A DNA stretch of 64,000 nucleotides from an uncultured Chloroflexia bacterium (lineage in GTDB: Bacteria; Chloroflexota; Limnocylindria; QHBO01): positions 64,001-128,000 of the forward strand of contig CAWGTN010000001.1 in assembly GCA_963825525.1 (NCBI GenBank), written 5' to 3'. The position numbers were made by a program, and so were the translations under genes. This document shows, piece by piece, positions 19,749 to 29,341 of this stretch (position 1 is the first letter of the stretch; every line of letters begins with the position of its first letter). Under the pieces are notes generated by a model that ran no database searches, had not been told where the DNA came from, and worked only from the letters and a program-made list of their open reading frames with translations.

Positions 19749-20932
19749 TGGCAGTCGAGGCCGCCCCGGCGCGCGACCCGCTCGCCCTCTCGGAGGAGGA
19801 GCGGAGCGTCCGCGACACGGTCCGGGACTGGGCGCAGCGCGAGGTGCTGCCCGGAGCAGCCGAACGGGACGAGCAGGAGCGTTACGACCGCTCGCTCTTC
19901 GAGCGTGCCGGGGAGCTCGGGCTGACCGGCCTCCCGTATCCCGAGGAGTACGGCGGCGCGGGGATGGGCAGCTTCGCCTGGGCACTCGCGGCCGAGGAGA
20001 TCGCCGCGGCCGATATGGCTCTGGCCGTCAGTCTCAGCGTTCACATCCTGAGCCAGCTGTGCATCGTTGCCAACGGCAGCGACGAGCAGAAGGAGCGCTT
20101 CCTGCCCCCGATGACTGCCGGACGCGAGCTCGGGGCCTTCGCTCTGACCGAGCCCGGGGCAGGGTCGGATGCGGCCGCGCTGTCGCTGTCGGCACTGCGC
20201 GACGGCGATGACTACCTGCTCACCGGCACCAAGATCTGGATCACGAACGCGGGTGAGGCGGCTCGCTACGTCGTCTTCGCTACCGTCGACCGCTCGAAGG
20301 GCAAGGCGGGGATCACCGCATTCGTCGTCGAGGCCGACACGCCGGGGTTCCGGCTGGGCTCGAAGGAGCGGAAGATGGGGATCCGCGGCACCAGCGCCTA
20401 CGAGATCGTATTCGAGGAAGCTCGGGTGCCCGCGGCCAACAGGCTGGGTGAGGAGGGCGAGGGGCTGAAGGTCGCGCTCTCGGCGCTCGGCGCGGGCAGG
20501 ATCAGCATCGCCGCGGCGTGCACCGGCCTGGCGCGCAACGCGCTCGAGCTCGCGACGCAGTACGCCATCCAACGCCGCCAGTTCGGCCGCGCCATCGCTG
20601 ACCAGGAGATGATCCAGGGGATGCTGGCCGAGATGGCGGTGAAGGTCGATGCGGCACGGCTGCTCACCTGGCGTGCGGCGCGCATGCGCGATGCCGGGCA
20701 ACCGATCAACTCACCCTCGAGCATGGCGAAGTGGTACGCCTCCGACGCGGCGATGGCGGTGGCCACCGACGCGGTGCAGATCTACGGTGGCGCCGGATAC
20801 TCCCGGGACAATCCCGTTGAACGCCTCATGCGCGACGCGAAGGGCGCGCAGATCTACGAGGGGACCAACCAGATCCATCGGCTGATCGTTGCCCAGCACA
20901 TGATCGAGAACGCCAGAAGGACCGACCGATGA
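19748..20932 (+). CDS. Acyl-CoA dehydrogenase
   Basis: FALTEPGAGSD, GTKIWITN, KMGIRG, RQFG, QIYGGAGY, QIYEGTNQI motifs. Confidence 0.95.
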   Translation: MAVEAAPARDPLALSEEERSVRDTVRDWAQREVLPGAAERDEQERYDRSLFERAGELGLTGLPYPEEYGGAGMGSFAWALAAEEIAAADMALAVSLSVHILSQLCIVANGSDEQKERFLPPMTAGRELGAFALTEPGAGSDAAALSLSALRDGDDYLLTGTKIWITNAGEAARYVVFATVDRSKGKAGITAFVVEADTPGFRLGSKERKMGIRGTSAYEIVFEEARVPAANRLGEEGEGLKVALSALGAGRISIAAACTGLARNALELATQYAIQRRQFGRAIADQEMIQGMLAEMAVKVDAARLLTWRAARMRDAGQPINSPSSMAKWYASDAAMAVATDAVQIYGGAGYSRDNPVERLMRDAKGAQIYEGTNQIHRLIVAQHMIENARRTDR

Positions 20933-22866
20933 CCACCACCGCGGGCGACCAGAGCTCCCTCCCATCCGCCATCGAGCCGCTGCGGCTTCCACCCGAGGAG
21001 CGCGCATCAAGCGTTGTCGACCTCATCCACCGCGCGGTGGTCGAGCACGCATCGCGCGAAGCCCTGCGCTGGAAGCTGCCGCGCACCCGCCGGCAGGCGA
21101 GCGATGGCGTGGCCGAGGAGGATCACCAGGCGGAGTGGAGATCAACGACCTACGCGGAGACGTGGCGATGGATTCGCGACGTCGCCCTCGCCTTGCGCGA
21201 GCTCGGCGTTCGTCGCGGCGACCACGTCTGCATCGTGAGCCGCACCCGGCCGGCATGGCTGGTCGCCGATCTCGCCAGCATGTCGGTGGGTGCCGTGGTC
21301 TGCCCGATCTACCCCTCATCCGAGGCAAACCAGGCGGCCTTCATCATCAACAACGTCGGCGCCAAGCTCGTGTTCGTGGAGAACGCGCAGCAGGCGGCCA
21401 AGATCGAATCAATTCGCGCCGAATGCCCCACGATCGAGACGATTGTCGCCTTCGATGATCGAGCGAAGCTGTCCGACGGGGTCGTGAGCTTCGACGACAT
21501 GTTCGAGGATGCCGCCGAGCTGCGACCCGACGAGGAGGCCGAGTGGGATCGAGAGTGGCGTAGCCTCAGCCGCGACGACGTGGCCACGATCATCCACACC
21601 TCGGGCACCACGGCCAATCCGAAGGGCGCGATCCTGACCCACGGCAATCTGGTGTTCAACTACGAGGCGGTCACCCAGGTCATCGATTTCACGCCCGACG
21701 ATCTGTTCCTGTCGTGGTTGCCACTCAGCCACATCTACGAGCGTGTCGCCGGGATGGTGGTGCCGCTCGGCCGGGGCTGCGCCATCGCGTACGCCGAGCC
21801 GATCGTCGAGCGCCTTCCCGCCAACATGGCCGAAGTGCGCCCCACGGTCATGGTGGCCGTTCCGCGGCTCTACGAGCGCGTCTATGCGCGCGTCATCTCG
21901 GCGGTCGAGAGCGGACCACCCCTGCGGCAGCGCATCTTCCACTGGGCTGCTGGCCTCGGCAGCAAGAAGTACGCAAACCACCTGGCCGGTCGCCGAAACT
22001 CCCCGTGGCTCAGCCTCCAGCTCAAGGTCGCCGATCGGCTCGTGTACGAGAAGGTCCGGGCGCGGACAGGCGGACGCGTGCGCTACTTCGTCTCCGGATC
22101 GGCGCCGCTGGCGGGGGAGATCGGCGAGTTCTTCTACGGGCTGGGAATGCTGGTCCTCGAGGGGTACGGACTCACGGAGACGTCACCCTTCGTCTCGATC
22201 AACCGACCGGAGAGCTTCAAGTTCGGCACGGTCGGGCAGCCCGCCCCCGACACCGAGGTGAAGATCGATGCGGCGACCGGCGAGATCATGGTCCGCGGCC
22301 CGCAGATCATGCGCGGGTACCTCAACGCCCCGGAGGACACCGCGATGGCCATCGAGCCGGACGGGTGGTTCCATACCGGAGACATCGGCGAGCTGGACGA
22401 GGTCGGCCGCATCAGCATCACCGATCGGCTGAAGAACATCATCGTGCTCGGCAACGGGAAGAACGTCTCACCGGCGCCGATGGAGGCGGCCCTCTATACC
22501 TCTCCGCTGATCTCGCAGGCCGTGGTGCTCGGCGACCGGCAGAACTACACCGGCGTCATCATCGCCCCCGACTTCGAGGAGCTCGAGCGATGGGCGGCGG
22601 CGAACGGAATCACCGAGATGCCGCCCGACCAGCTGGTGGAACAGAAGGCAGTCCAGAAGCTGTACGACGGCGAGGTCAAGCGCACGCTGTCGCAGTTCGG
22701 CGCCCACGAGCGACCGCGGCGGACGGCACTCCTGCCGCGGCTCCTGTCCGAGGAGGAGGGTGAGCTGACGCCCTCGTTGAAGACGAAGAAGCGCGTGGTG
22801 GTCGAGAAGTGGGCCGACAAGGTTGCCCACCTGTTCGATGAGCGGGGCGGCGACCCGGGCTCCTGA
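20929..22866 (+). CDS. Long-chain fatty acid-CoA ligase
   Basis: HTSGTTANPKG, EGYGLTE, FHTGDIG, DRLKNII, GKNVSP motifs. Confidence 0.95.
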   Translation: MTTTAGDQSSLPSAIEPLRLPPEERASSVVDLIHRAVVEHASREALRWKLPRTRRQASDGVAEEDHQAEWRSTTYAETWRWIRDVALALRELGVRRGDHVCIVSRTRPAWLVADLASMSVGAVVCPIYPSSEANQAAFIINNVGAKLVFVENAQQAAKIESIRAECPTIETIVAFDDRAKLSDGVVSFDDMFEDAAELRPDEEAEWDREWRSLSRDDVATIIHTSGTTANPKGAILTHGNLVFNYEAVTQVIDFTPDDLFLSWLPLSHIYERVAGMVVPLGRGCAIAYAEPIVERLPANMAEVRPTVMVAVPRLYERVYARVISAVESGPPLRQRIFHWAAGLGSKKYANHLAGRRNSPWLSLQLKVADRLVYEKVRARTGGRVRYFVSGSAPLAGEIGEFFYGLGMLVLEGYGLTETSPFVSINRPESFKFGTVGQPAPDTEVKIDAATGEIMVRGPQIMRGYLNAPEDTAMAIEPDGWFHTGDIGELDEVGRISITDRLKNIIVLGNGKNVSPAPMEAALYTSPLISQAVVLGDRQNYTGVIIAPDFEELERWAAANGITEMPPDQLVEQKAVQKLYDGEVKRTLSQFGAHERPRRTALLPRLLSEEEGELTPSLKTKKRVVVEKWADKVAHLFDERGGDPGS

Positions 22867-22940
22867 GGTCGAACGCCACCTCGTCGGTTGGTCTGCACCC
22901 CCGGCTGGCTGGAGCCGCCTCCCGGAGTACCATGGCTTCC

Positions 22941-24116
22941 ATGAACGACGTCTACATTCTGTCCGCCGCTCGCACGCCCATCGGCAAGTTCGGCGGCGCC
23001 CTGTCCACCACCCCGGCGACCGAACTGGGCGCGATCGCCATCCGTGCGGCTGTTGAGCGCAGCGGCGTGGCGCCCGAGCGCATCGATGAGACGATCATGG
23101 GCCAGGTGCTGCAGGCCGGCGCCGGCCAGGCTCCCGCTCGCCAGGCGGCACTCAAGGCGGGCCTGCCCGAGGGCGTGAGCGCGACGACCATCAACAAGGT
23201 GTGCGGCTCCGGCCTCAAGGCGGTGATGATGGGCGCCTCGGCCATCCGGGCAGGTGACGCCAGCATCATCGTTGCGGGCGGCATGGAGAGCATGAACATG
23301 GCGCCGTACCTCCTGCCCCAGGCGCGCACCGGGTACCGACTGGGAGACGGCAAGATCATCGACTCGACGGTCCACGACGGGCTGTGGTGCTCGACCTGCG
23401 ACGTCCATATGGGCCTGCACGCCGAGCGTGTGGCGGCTAAGCATGACGTGACGCGCGAGGCGCAGGATGACTTCGCGTTGAGGTCTCACCGCAACGCCAT
23501 CGCCGCCCAGGAAGCAGGTCGTTTCGACGACGAGATCGTCCCGGTCACCGTCCCCGGCAAGAAGGGGGACACCGTCGTCACGGCCGACGAGGGCCCGCGC
23601 GCCGACACCAGCCCCGAAGCGCTGGCCAGGTTGAAGCCGGCATTTCAGCCGGAGGGCGGCACCGTCACCGCCGGCAACGCTCCGGGCATCACTGACGGTG
23701 CGGCGGCACTCGTCATCGCCGGCGAGGATGCGCTGGATGGCGCACAGCCACTGGCGCGCGTCATCGGCTACGCCCAGGCCGACGTGGCACCGGAATGGCT
23801 GTTCGAGGCCCCGATCCAGGGCGTGCGCCGGCTCATCGAGCGGGTCGGCGGCAGCGTCGGAGACTTCGACCTCATCGAGATCAACGAGGCGTTCGCGGCC
23901 CAGGTCCTCGCCGATGGCAACGAGCTCGGATTCGACTGGGACCGCGTGAACGTCAACGGCGGAGCCATCGCCCTCGGCCATCCGATCGGCGCATCCGGGG
24001 CCCGCGTCCTGACGACCCTGATCCACGAGCTGCGGCGCCGCGGCGGCGGCAAGGGCCTCGCGACACTGTGCCTCGGCGGCGGGGGAGCGGTGGCCATGGC
24101 GATCGAGACGACCTAG
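22941..24116 (+). CDS. Acetyl-CoA acetyltransferase (thiolase)
   Basis: RTPIG, NKVCGSG, NEAFA, GHPIGASG, LCLGGG motifs. TACCAT box 7 nt before ATG 22941 (alternative ATG 22932). Confidence 0.95.
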   Translation: MNDVYILSAARTPIGKFGGALSTTPATELGAIAIRAAVERSGVAPERIDETIMGQVLQAGAGQAPARQAALKAGLPEGVSATTINKVCGSGLKAVMMGASAIRAGDASIIVAGGMESMNMAPYLLPQARTGYRLGDGKIIDSTVHDGLWCSTCDVHMGLHAERVAAKHDVTREAQDDFALRSHRNAIAAQEAGRFDDEIVPVTVPGKKGDTVVTADEGPRADTSPEALARLKPAFQPEGGTVTAGNAPGITDGAAALVIAGEDALDGAQPLARVIGYAQADVAPEWLFEAPIQGVRRLIERVGGSVGDFDLIEINEAFAAQVLADGNELGFDWDRVNVNGGAIALGHPIGASGARVLTTLIHELRRRGGGKGLATLCLGGGGAVAMAIETT

Positions 24117-24134
24117 CTCTTCCGAGGCCGACCG

Positions 24135-24875
24135 ATGCCCGACGCGGTCTTCGATGAGCCACGGCTTGCCGCGATCTACGACGCCCTTGATCCGGATCGC
24201 TCGGATCTCGACGCGTACGTCGCAATGATCGATGAGTTCGGCGCGCGCTCCGTTCTCGACCTCGGCTGCGGCACCGGTGTCTTCGCGCTCCAGCTTGCCG
24301 CGCGCGGCGCCGATGTCATCGGCGTGGATCCCGCGGGTGCATCGCTGGATGTGGCGCGCTCGAAGCCTCACGCCGATCGAGTCAGCTGGATCCACGGCGA
24401 TGCGTCCGCGATCCCGGCATCGACAGCGGTCGACGTCGTGACCATGACGGCCAACGTGGCGCAGGTCTTCCTGGCCGATGCGGAATGGCTGGCGACGTTG
24501 ACCGCGATCCGTGCCGCGCTCCGTCCCGGTGGCCGGCTCATCTTCGAGGCCCGCGACCCGGCGCGGCGTGCATGGGAGGAGTGGACCGAGGACGCCACGC
24601 GTTCCACCACCGAGATTCCGGGCGTCGGACGGGTGACCGACTGGGTGCAGGTGACCGACGTCGCCCGCGACGGCGAGCTCGTGACGTTCGAGTCACCGAA
24701 CCTCTTCGAGTCCGACGGCGTCGTTCTCACCTCGCGCTCCACGCTGAGATTCAGGACTCAGGCGGAGATCGAGGACTCTTTGCGCGCGGCCGGGTTCACT
24801 CTCGAGGAGGTTCGAGACGCCCCGGACCGACCGGGCAGGGAGATGGTCTTTGTCGCGAGACGCCCGCTGGCCTAG
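24135..24875 (+). CDS. Class I SAM-dependent methyltransferase
   Basis: VLDLGCGTG, GVDP, LRPGGRLIFE motifs. Confidence 0.9.
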   Translation: MPDAVFDEPRLAAIYDALDPDRSDLDAYVAMIDEFGARSVLDLGCGTGVFALQLAARGADVIGVDPAGASLDVARSKPHADRVSWIHGDASAIPASTAVDVVTMTANVAQVFLADAEWLATLTAIRAALRPGGRLIFEARDPARRAWEEWTEDATRSTTEIPGVGRVTDWVQVTDVARDGELVTFESPNLFESDGVVLTSRSTLRFRTQAEIEDSLRAAGFTLEEVRDAPDRPGREMVFVARRPLA

Positions 24876-27196
24876 CGGTCAAGCGCGATCAACGCCTCGT
24901 CCAGCGTGCCGGCAATGATCGCGGCCTCCTCGCGGCGGATGCAGAGCGGCGGCCGGATCTTCAGCACACTGCCGCGGCGCCCGGAGGTGCCGATGAGCAC
25001 CCCGCGCTCCGCCATCTCGTCCTTCACACGGCCCGCGAGGTCGGTGGCGGGCTCGCGGGTGGCGCGGTCCAGGACGAGCTCGACCCCGGTCATGAGGCCG
25101 CGACCGCGCACGTCACCGATCACCGGATGGCGCCCTGCGAGCGCTGACAGCTCCGCTCGCAGCCAGTCGCCCTCCGTCGTGGCGTTGCGGATCAGCCGCT
25201 CATCCTCCAGGACGTCGAGCACAGTCAGCGCGGCAGCACAGGCCACCGGGTTGCCTCCGAACGTGGAGAAGAAGGTGGTGTGGGCGCCGAAGCGGTCGAC
25301 GATGTCCGCGCGGGTGATGACGGCCGCGATCGGGTGCCCGTTGCCCATCGGCTTGCCCAGGGTGACGATATCGGGCGTCACGCCCCATCGAACATGGCCC
25401 CACATGCCGTCGCCGGTGCGGCCGTGGCCCGACTGGACTTCGTCTGCCACGTACAGGGCTCCGGCCTCCCGTGCCGCGCCGATGACGGCGGCAACCACTT
25501 CGGGCGCGGGGACGAAGATCCCATCCGACGTGAAGGTCGAGTCGAGGAAGAGCGCCGCCGGCCGCCGATTCCGACCCGCCAGCCGCGCGACGGCCCCAAC
25601 CACCTCGTCGAGGGCGACGGCGACCGGGTCAGGCGCATCGGCATATCGGCCGCGATAGGTGTCCGGCGCGGCGTAGGTCTCCACCCCGTCCGGCTGCTCG
25701 CCGCCCGGCCATTCGGAGGGGGAGAAGTCGGCGATCGCGGCCGTGACGCCGTGATAGCCCCACTCGGTGACCAGGCCCGCGTCGGCACCCGTCACCGTGG
25801 TGGCCAGCCGCCACGCGAGGTCGTTGGCCTCGGAGCCCGAGTTGACGAACATGACGGTGTCGAGCTCGTCGGGCAGGGTCTCGAGAATGCCCTCCGCCAG
25901 CTCGACGACGTTGTCGTGAAGGTACCGAGTGTTCGTGTTCAGGGTGGCGGCCTGTGCCCTGATGGCCTCCACCACGCGCGGGTGCGCGTGGCCGACCACC
26001 GGCACGTTGTTGTAGGCGTCCAGGTATCGCCGGCCATCGGCATCTTCCATCCAGACGCCGGCGCCGCGGACGAGGTGGAGCGGGCGCCGATAGCTCAGCG
26101 GCTCCAGTGCGCTCCCCAGCACGCGCCGACGCCGGGCGAGCAGCGCGCTCGAGTCGACGCGCCGTCGGATCGGGCTGCGAGCGATGGCGGCCAACCGCTG
26201 GCCAGCTTCGTCGAAGCCGATGGCCTCGAGCTGTTCGAGCAGCTCCCAGGCGGGCTCGGACCAGCCATGGATGTAGGCGTTGTCCGGGTACCGGCGCGTC
26301 CGGTCGGCACTGATGAGGATGGTCTGGGCCATGCGTCCGGCGAGCAGGTCGCCCATCAGCTCCGCCTCCTCCTGTTCGAGCGGCGTGATCGAGGCGTAGC
26401 CCCCCAGCAATGCCTCGGCCACCTCGAACAGGTCGGTTCGTCCGCGAACCAGGGACTGCAGCGTTGCCGGGATGTCGAGCACCAGCGCGGTGTGTGACAT
26501 GTCGCCGAAGTCGATGATGCCCGACACGCGGTGCGCATCATCGAGCAGCAGGTTGTCGAGCGTGAGGTCGTCATGGATGACCTGCGAACGCAGGCTCGGC
26601 AGCGCCGGGAGCACACGTTCGCCGACGCGGTCGATGACGCGCTCGAGGAGCCGGCGCCGCTCGCCGTTCTCGACGAGGTCGGCGTTGGGAAACAGGTCCG
26701 GGAGCCGCTGCTGGTCCCACGCGATCGATCGCCCGGCGGCCGGATGGAAGAACCCGCGCAGGGCGACGGCCACACGGGCCACGACCTCGCCGATGCCCTC
26801 GATGGTCGCGCGGTCGAGCCCGATCGGGTCGGCGTGACGGCCCGGCATGCGAGGGATGAGCCTGACGAGGTGCGCGCCGGAAGGGCTCTCGACCAGCTCG
26901 ATCGGTCGTCCCGCCAGTGATGGGCGGACGACGGGCACCGGCAGGCCGGCATCAACCGCCACGATGCGGTCGATGGCCGTCACCTCCATGTCGAGGACGG
27001 CCTGGTCCTCGGCGCTGTTCGCCACCTTGAGGATCCACGCGGTCTCGTCGGGCTCGTCGATCAGGAAGTTCTGATCGCGTTCGCTGACGAGCAGCCGAGC
27101 GGTCCCGGTCACGCCGTAGCGGGAAGCCGCGATCTCCGCGGCCTCCCGCGGCGTCAGCTGGGGTGGATCTGCCTCGAGTACATCGCCGATGGACAT
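24872..27196 (-). CDS. APH-like kinase fused to class III aminotransferase fold (hydroxylysine kinase/phospho-lyase-like)
   Basis: N-half SERDQNF, IHDD..DN, GIIDFGD; C-half YLDAYNNV..VGHAHP, NSGSEAN, ADEVQSG.GR, LGKPMGNG, TFGGNP. Confidence 0.9.
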   Translation of the reverse strand: MSIGDVLEADPPQLTPREAAEIAASRYGVTGTARLLVSERDQNFLIDEPDETAWILKVANSAEDQAVLDMEVTAIDRIVAVDAGLPVPVVRPSLAGRPIELVESPSGAHLVRLIPRMPGRHADPIGLDRATIEGIGEVVARVAVALRGFFHPAAGRSIAWDQQRLPDLFPNADLVENGERRRLLERVIDRVGERVLPALPSLRSQVIHDDLTLDNLLLDDAHRVSGIIDFGDMSHTALVLDIPATLQSLVRGRTDLFEVAEALLGGYASITPLEQEEAELMGDLLAGRMAQTILISADRTRRYPDNAYIHGWSEPAWELLEQLEAIGFDEAGQRLAAIARSPIRRRVDSSALLARRRRVLGSALEPLSYRRPLHLVRGAGVWMEDADGRRYLDAYNNVPVVGHAHPRVVEAIRAQAATLNTNTRYLHDNVVELAEGILETLPDELDTVMFVNSGSEANDLAWRLATTVTGADAGLVTEWGYHGVTAAIADFSPSEWPGGEQPDGVETYAAPDTYRGRYADAPDPVAVALDEVVGAVARLAGRNRRPAALFLDSTFTSDGIFVPAPEVVAAVIGAAREAGALYVADEVQSGHGRTGDGMWGHVRWGVTPDIVTLGKPMGNGHPIAAVITRADIVDRFGAHTTFFSTFGGNPVACAAALTVLDVLEDERLIRNATTEGDWLRAELSALAGRHPVIGDVRGRGLMTGVELVLDRATREPATDLAGRVKDEMAERGVLIGTSGRRGSVLKIRPPLCIRREEAAIIAGTLDEALIALDR

Positions 27197-27377
27197 GCGC
27201 CGCTGATCGTAGCGTCGCGGGCGTTGAGCGCGTGTGCCCGACCGGCCGGTGGGTCGGCCCGCCCTGCGCTAGAATCGGCAACCGTCACCCCGTGGCCTGG
27301 CCTGCTTCCGCCCTCGAGTCGTGGCGTGCAGAGGCGCCGGAGCCACGACTGCATACAGGAGGCACTCAGCGCACCTG

Positions 27378-28646
27378 ATGGCCAGCCAGAACACGGTGGC
27401 GGAGGCTCCGAACATCTGGGCCGTCGCCCAGTCCCAGTTCGACCACGCCGCGGACAAGCTCGATCTCGACGACGGGATGCGACGCGTCCTGCGGGTCCCA
27501 CAGCGTGAGCTCACGGTGAACTTCCCGGTCACCATGGACGATGGCAGCGTCATGGTCTTCACCGGCCACCGCGTCCAGCACAACGTCAGTCGCGGTCCCG
27601 GCAAGGGCGGCATCCGCTATCACCAGGACGTCACCCTCGACGAGGTTCGGGCGCTGGCGATGTGGATGAGCTGGAAGTGCGCGTGCGTCAACATCCCGTA
27701 CGGCGGCGCTAAGGGCGGCGTGGTCGTCGACCCGAAGAAGCTGTCGATCCGCGAGGTCGAGGGCATGACCCGACGGTTCACGACCGAGATCAGCCCGCTC
27801 ATCGGTCCCGACCGCGACATCCCGGCGCCCGATGTGAACACCAACGCCCAGACCATGGCCTGGATGATGGACACCTACTCCATGCATCACGGCTACACGA
27901 TCGCCGGCGTCGTCACCGGCAAGCCGATCGCCATCGGCGGCTCGCTCGGGCGCAACGAGGCAACGGCGCGCGGCGCGGTCTTCACCCTGCTCCAGGCGTC
28001 GCAGGCGCTCAACCTGTCGGTTCACGGCTCACGCGTGGCCATCCAGGGCTACGGCAACGCCGGCAGCATTGCCGCCACCCTGCTGGCGGACGAAGGCGCG
28101 ACGATCGTTGCCGTCAGCGACTCGACCGGAGGCATCCACAACGCGGCTGGCCTCGACCCGGCGAAGGTGAGTGCCTGGAAGCGGGAGCACGGCACGGTCG
28201 TCGGGTTCCCGGGAACCGACGAGGTCAACAACCAGGAGATCCTCGAGGTCGACTGCGACATCCTGGTGCCGGCGGCGCTCGAGAACCAGATCACCCGCCA
28301 GAACGCACCGAGCATCAAGGCAAAGATCATCGCGGAAGCCGCCAACGGGCCGACCACCCCGGAGGCTGATCAGATCCTGTTCGAGCGCGGCGTGTTCCTG
28401 ATCCCCGACATCCTGTGCAACGCCGGCGGCGTGACGGTCTCCTACTTCGAGTGGGTGCAGGACATGCAGAGCTTCTTCTGGACCGAGGCGCGCATCAACG
28501 AGAGCCTGAAGGAGATCATGGACCGTGCGTTTGTATCGGTGTACGAGATGAGCCAGCGCCACGAGGTCGACATGCGCACCGCGGCATACATGGTGGCCGT
28601 GGCACGGGTCGCCGAAGCGACGACCCTGCGCGGGCTCTACCCCTAG
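27378..28646 (+). CDS. gdhA: Glutamate dehydrogenase (catalytic residues intact)
   Basis: GPGKGGIRY, MSWK, GGAKGG, DIPAPDV, GYGNAG, EAANGP, NAGGVTVSYFEW motifs. AGGAGG RBS. Confidence 0.95.
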   Translation: MASQNTVAEAPNIWAVAQSQFDHAADKLDLDDGMRRVLRVPQRELTVNFPVTMDDGSVMVFTGHRVQHNVSRGPGKGGIRYHQDVTLDEVRALAMWMSWKCACVNIPYGGAKGGVVVDPKKLSIREVEGMTRRFTTEISPLIGPDRDIPAPDVNTNAQTMAWMMDTYSMHHGYTIAGVVTGKPIAIGGSLGRNEATARGAVFTLLQASQALNLSVHGSRVAIQGYGNAGSIAATLLADEGATIVAVSDSTGGIHNAAGLDPAKVSAWKREHGTVVGFPGTDEVNNQEILEVDCDILVPAALENQITRQNAPSIKAKIIAEAANGPTTPEADQILFERGVFLIPDILCNAGGVTVSYFEWVQDMQSFFWTEARINESLKEIMDRAFVSVYEMSQRHEVDMRTAAYMVAVARVAEATTLRGLYP

Positions 28647-28725
28647 GACACCACCCGCCGATGCCGGCGTTGCGCACGAGCGCGGCGCCGGGCGACGCAT
28701 CGGCTGATCCGGCAAGGAGGCTCCG

Positions 28726-29331
28726 ATGCTCGACCACGAAGAGCGATTCCTGTTCCGCGAGGAGATCCACAACCTGGCGAACGCGCTGGCGGATCCCGGA
28801 CAGCTCGACAACGTCGAGGACCTGCTGGCCGAGGTCACGACCAGTCCGAGGTTCGACGCCGATGTGTTCACCCTGGAGCGTTCGCTGCAGGTGATGCTCG
28901 GCGGCCGCGCCGGTTCGACGCTGGTCGGGCTGCTGACGGTGGATCGCGGGGTGTTCGAGGAGCTGGGCGAGATGGGCCTGACGCCGGAGGTCCACGAGCG
29001 GCTCGTCAGTTGGCGTGCCCGATTCGGCCTGGTCATCGACAACGCCCTCAACTTCCTCAACAACCCCGACGGCATCCAGGGCCACAACTTCGGCACGCAG
29101 CTCATGCACACCGAGTCGGGGCTCACGCTCCAGGGCAGGCTCACGCTCGTCCGCTACAACAACGAGCCGCAGTTCTTCATCGCCGATGCCGATGTGCTGT
29201 TCAGCGTGGCGGCCGACATGCTCGAACGACTGGGTGAGCACCTCGAGCCCGAGATGATCGACGCCGACCTGATCACGCGGCTGCGCGAGGGCGTCGAGCT
29301 GGTCGAGCGCCGCACGAAGAGCCGCTCGTAG
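28726..29331 (+). CDS. Hypothetical cytoplasmic protein
   Basis: 201-aa ORF with AAGGAGG RBS and host-like codon usage; no family recognised. Confidence 0.8.
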   Translation: MLDHEERFLFREEIHNLANALADPGQLDNVEDLLAEVTTSPRFDADVFTLERSLQVMLGGRAGSTLVGLLTVDRGVFEELGEMGLTPEVHERLVSWRARFGLVIDNALNFLNNPDGIQGHNFGTQLMHTESGLTLQGRLTLVRYNNEPQFFIADADVLFSVAADMLERLGEHLEPEMIDADLITRLREGVELVERRTKSRS

Positions 29332-29341
29332 CCACGATCGG

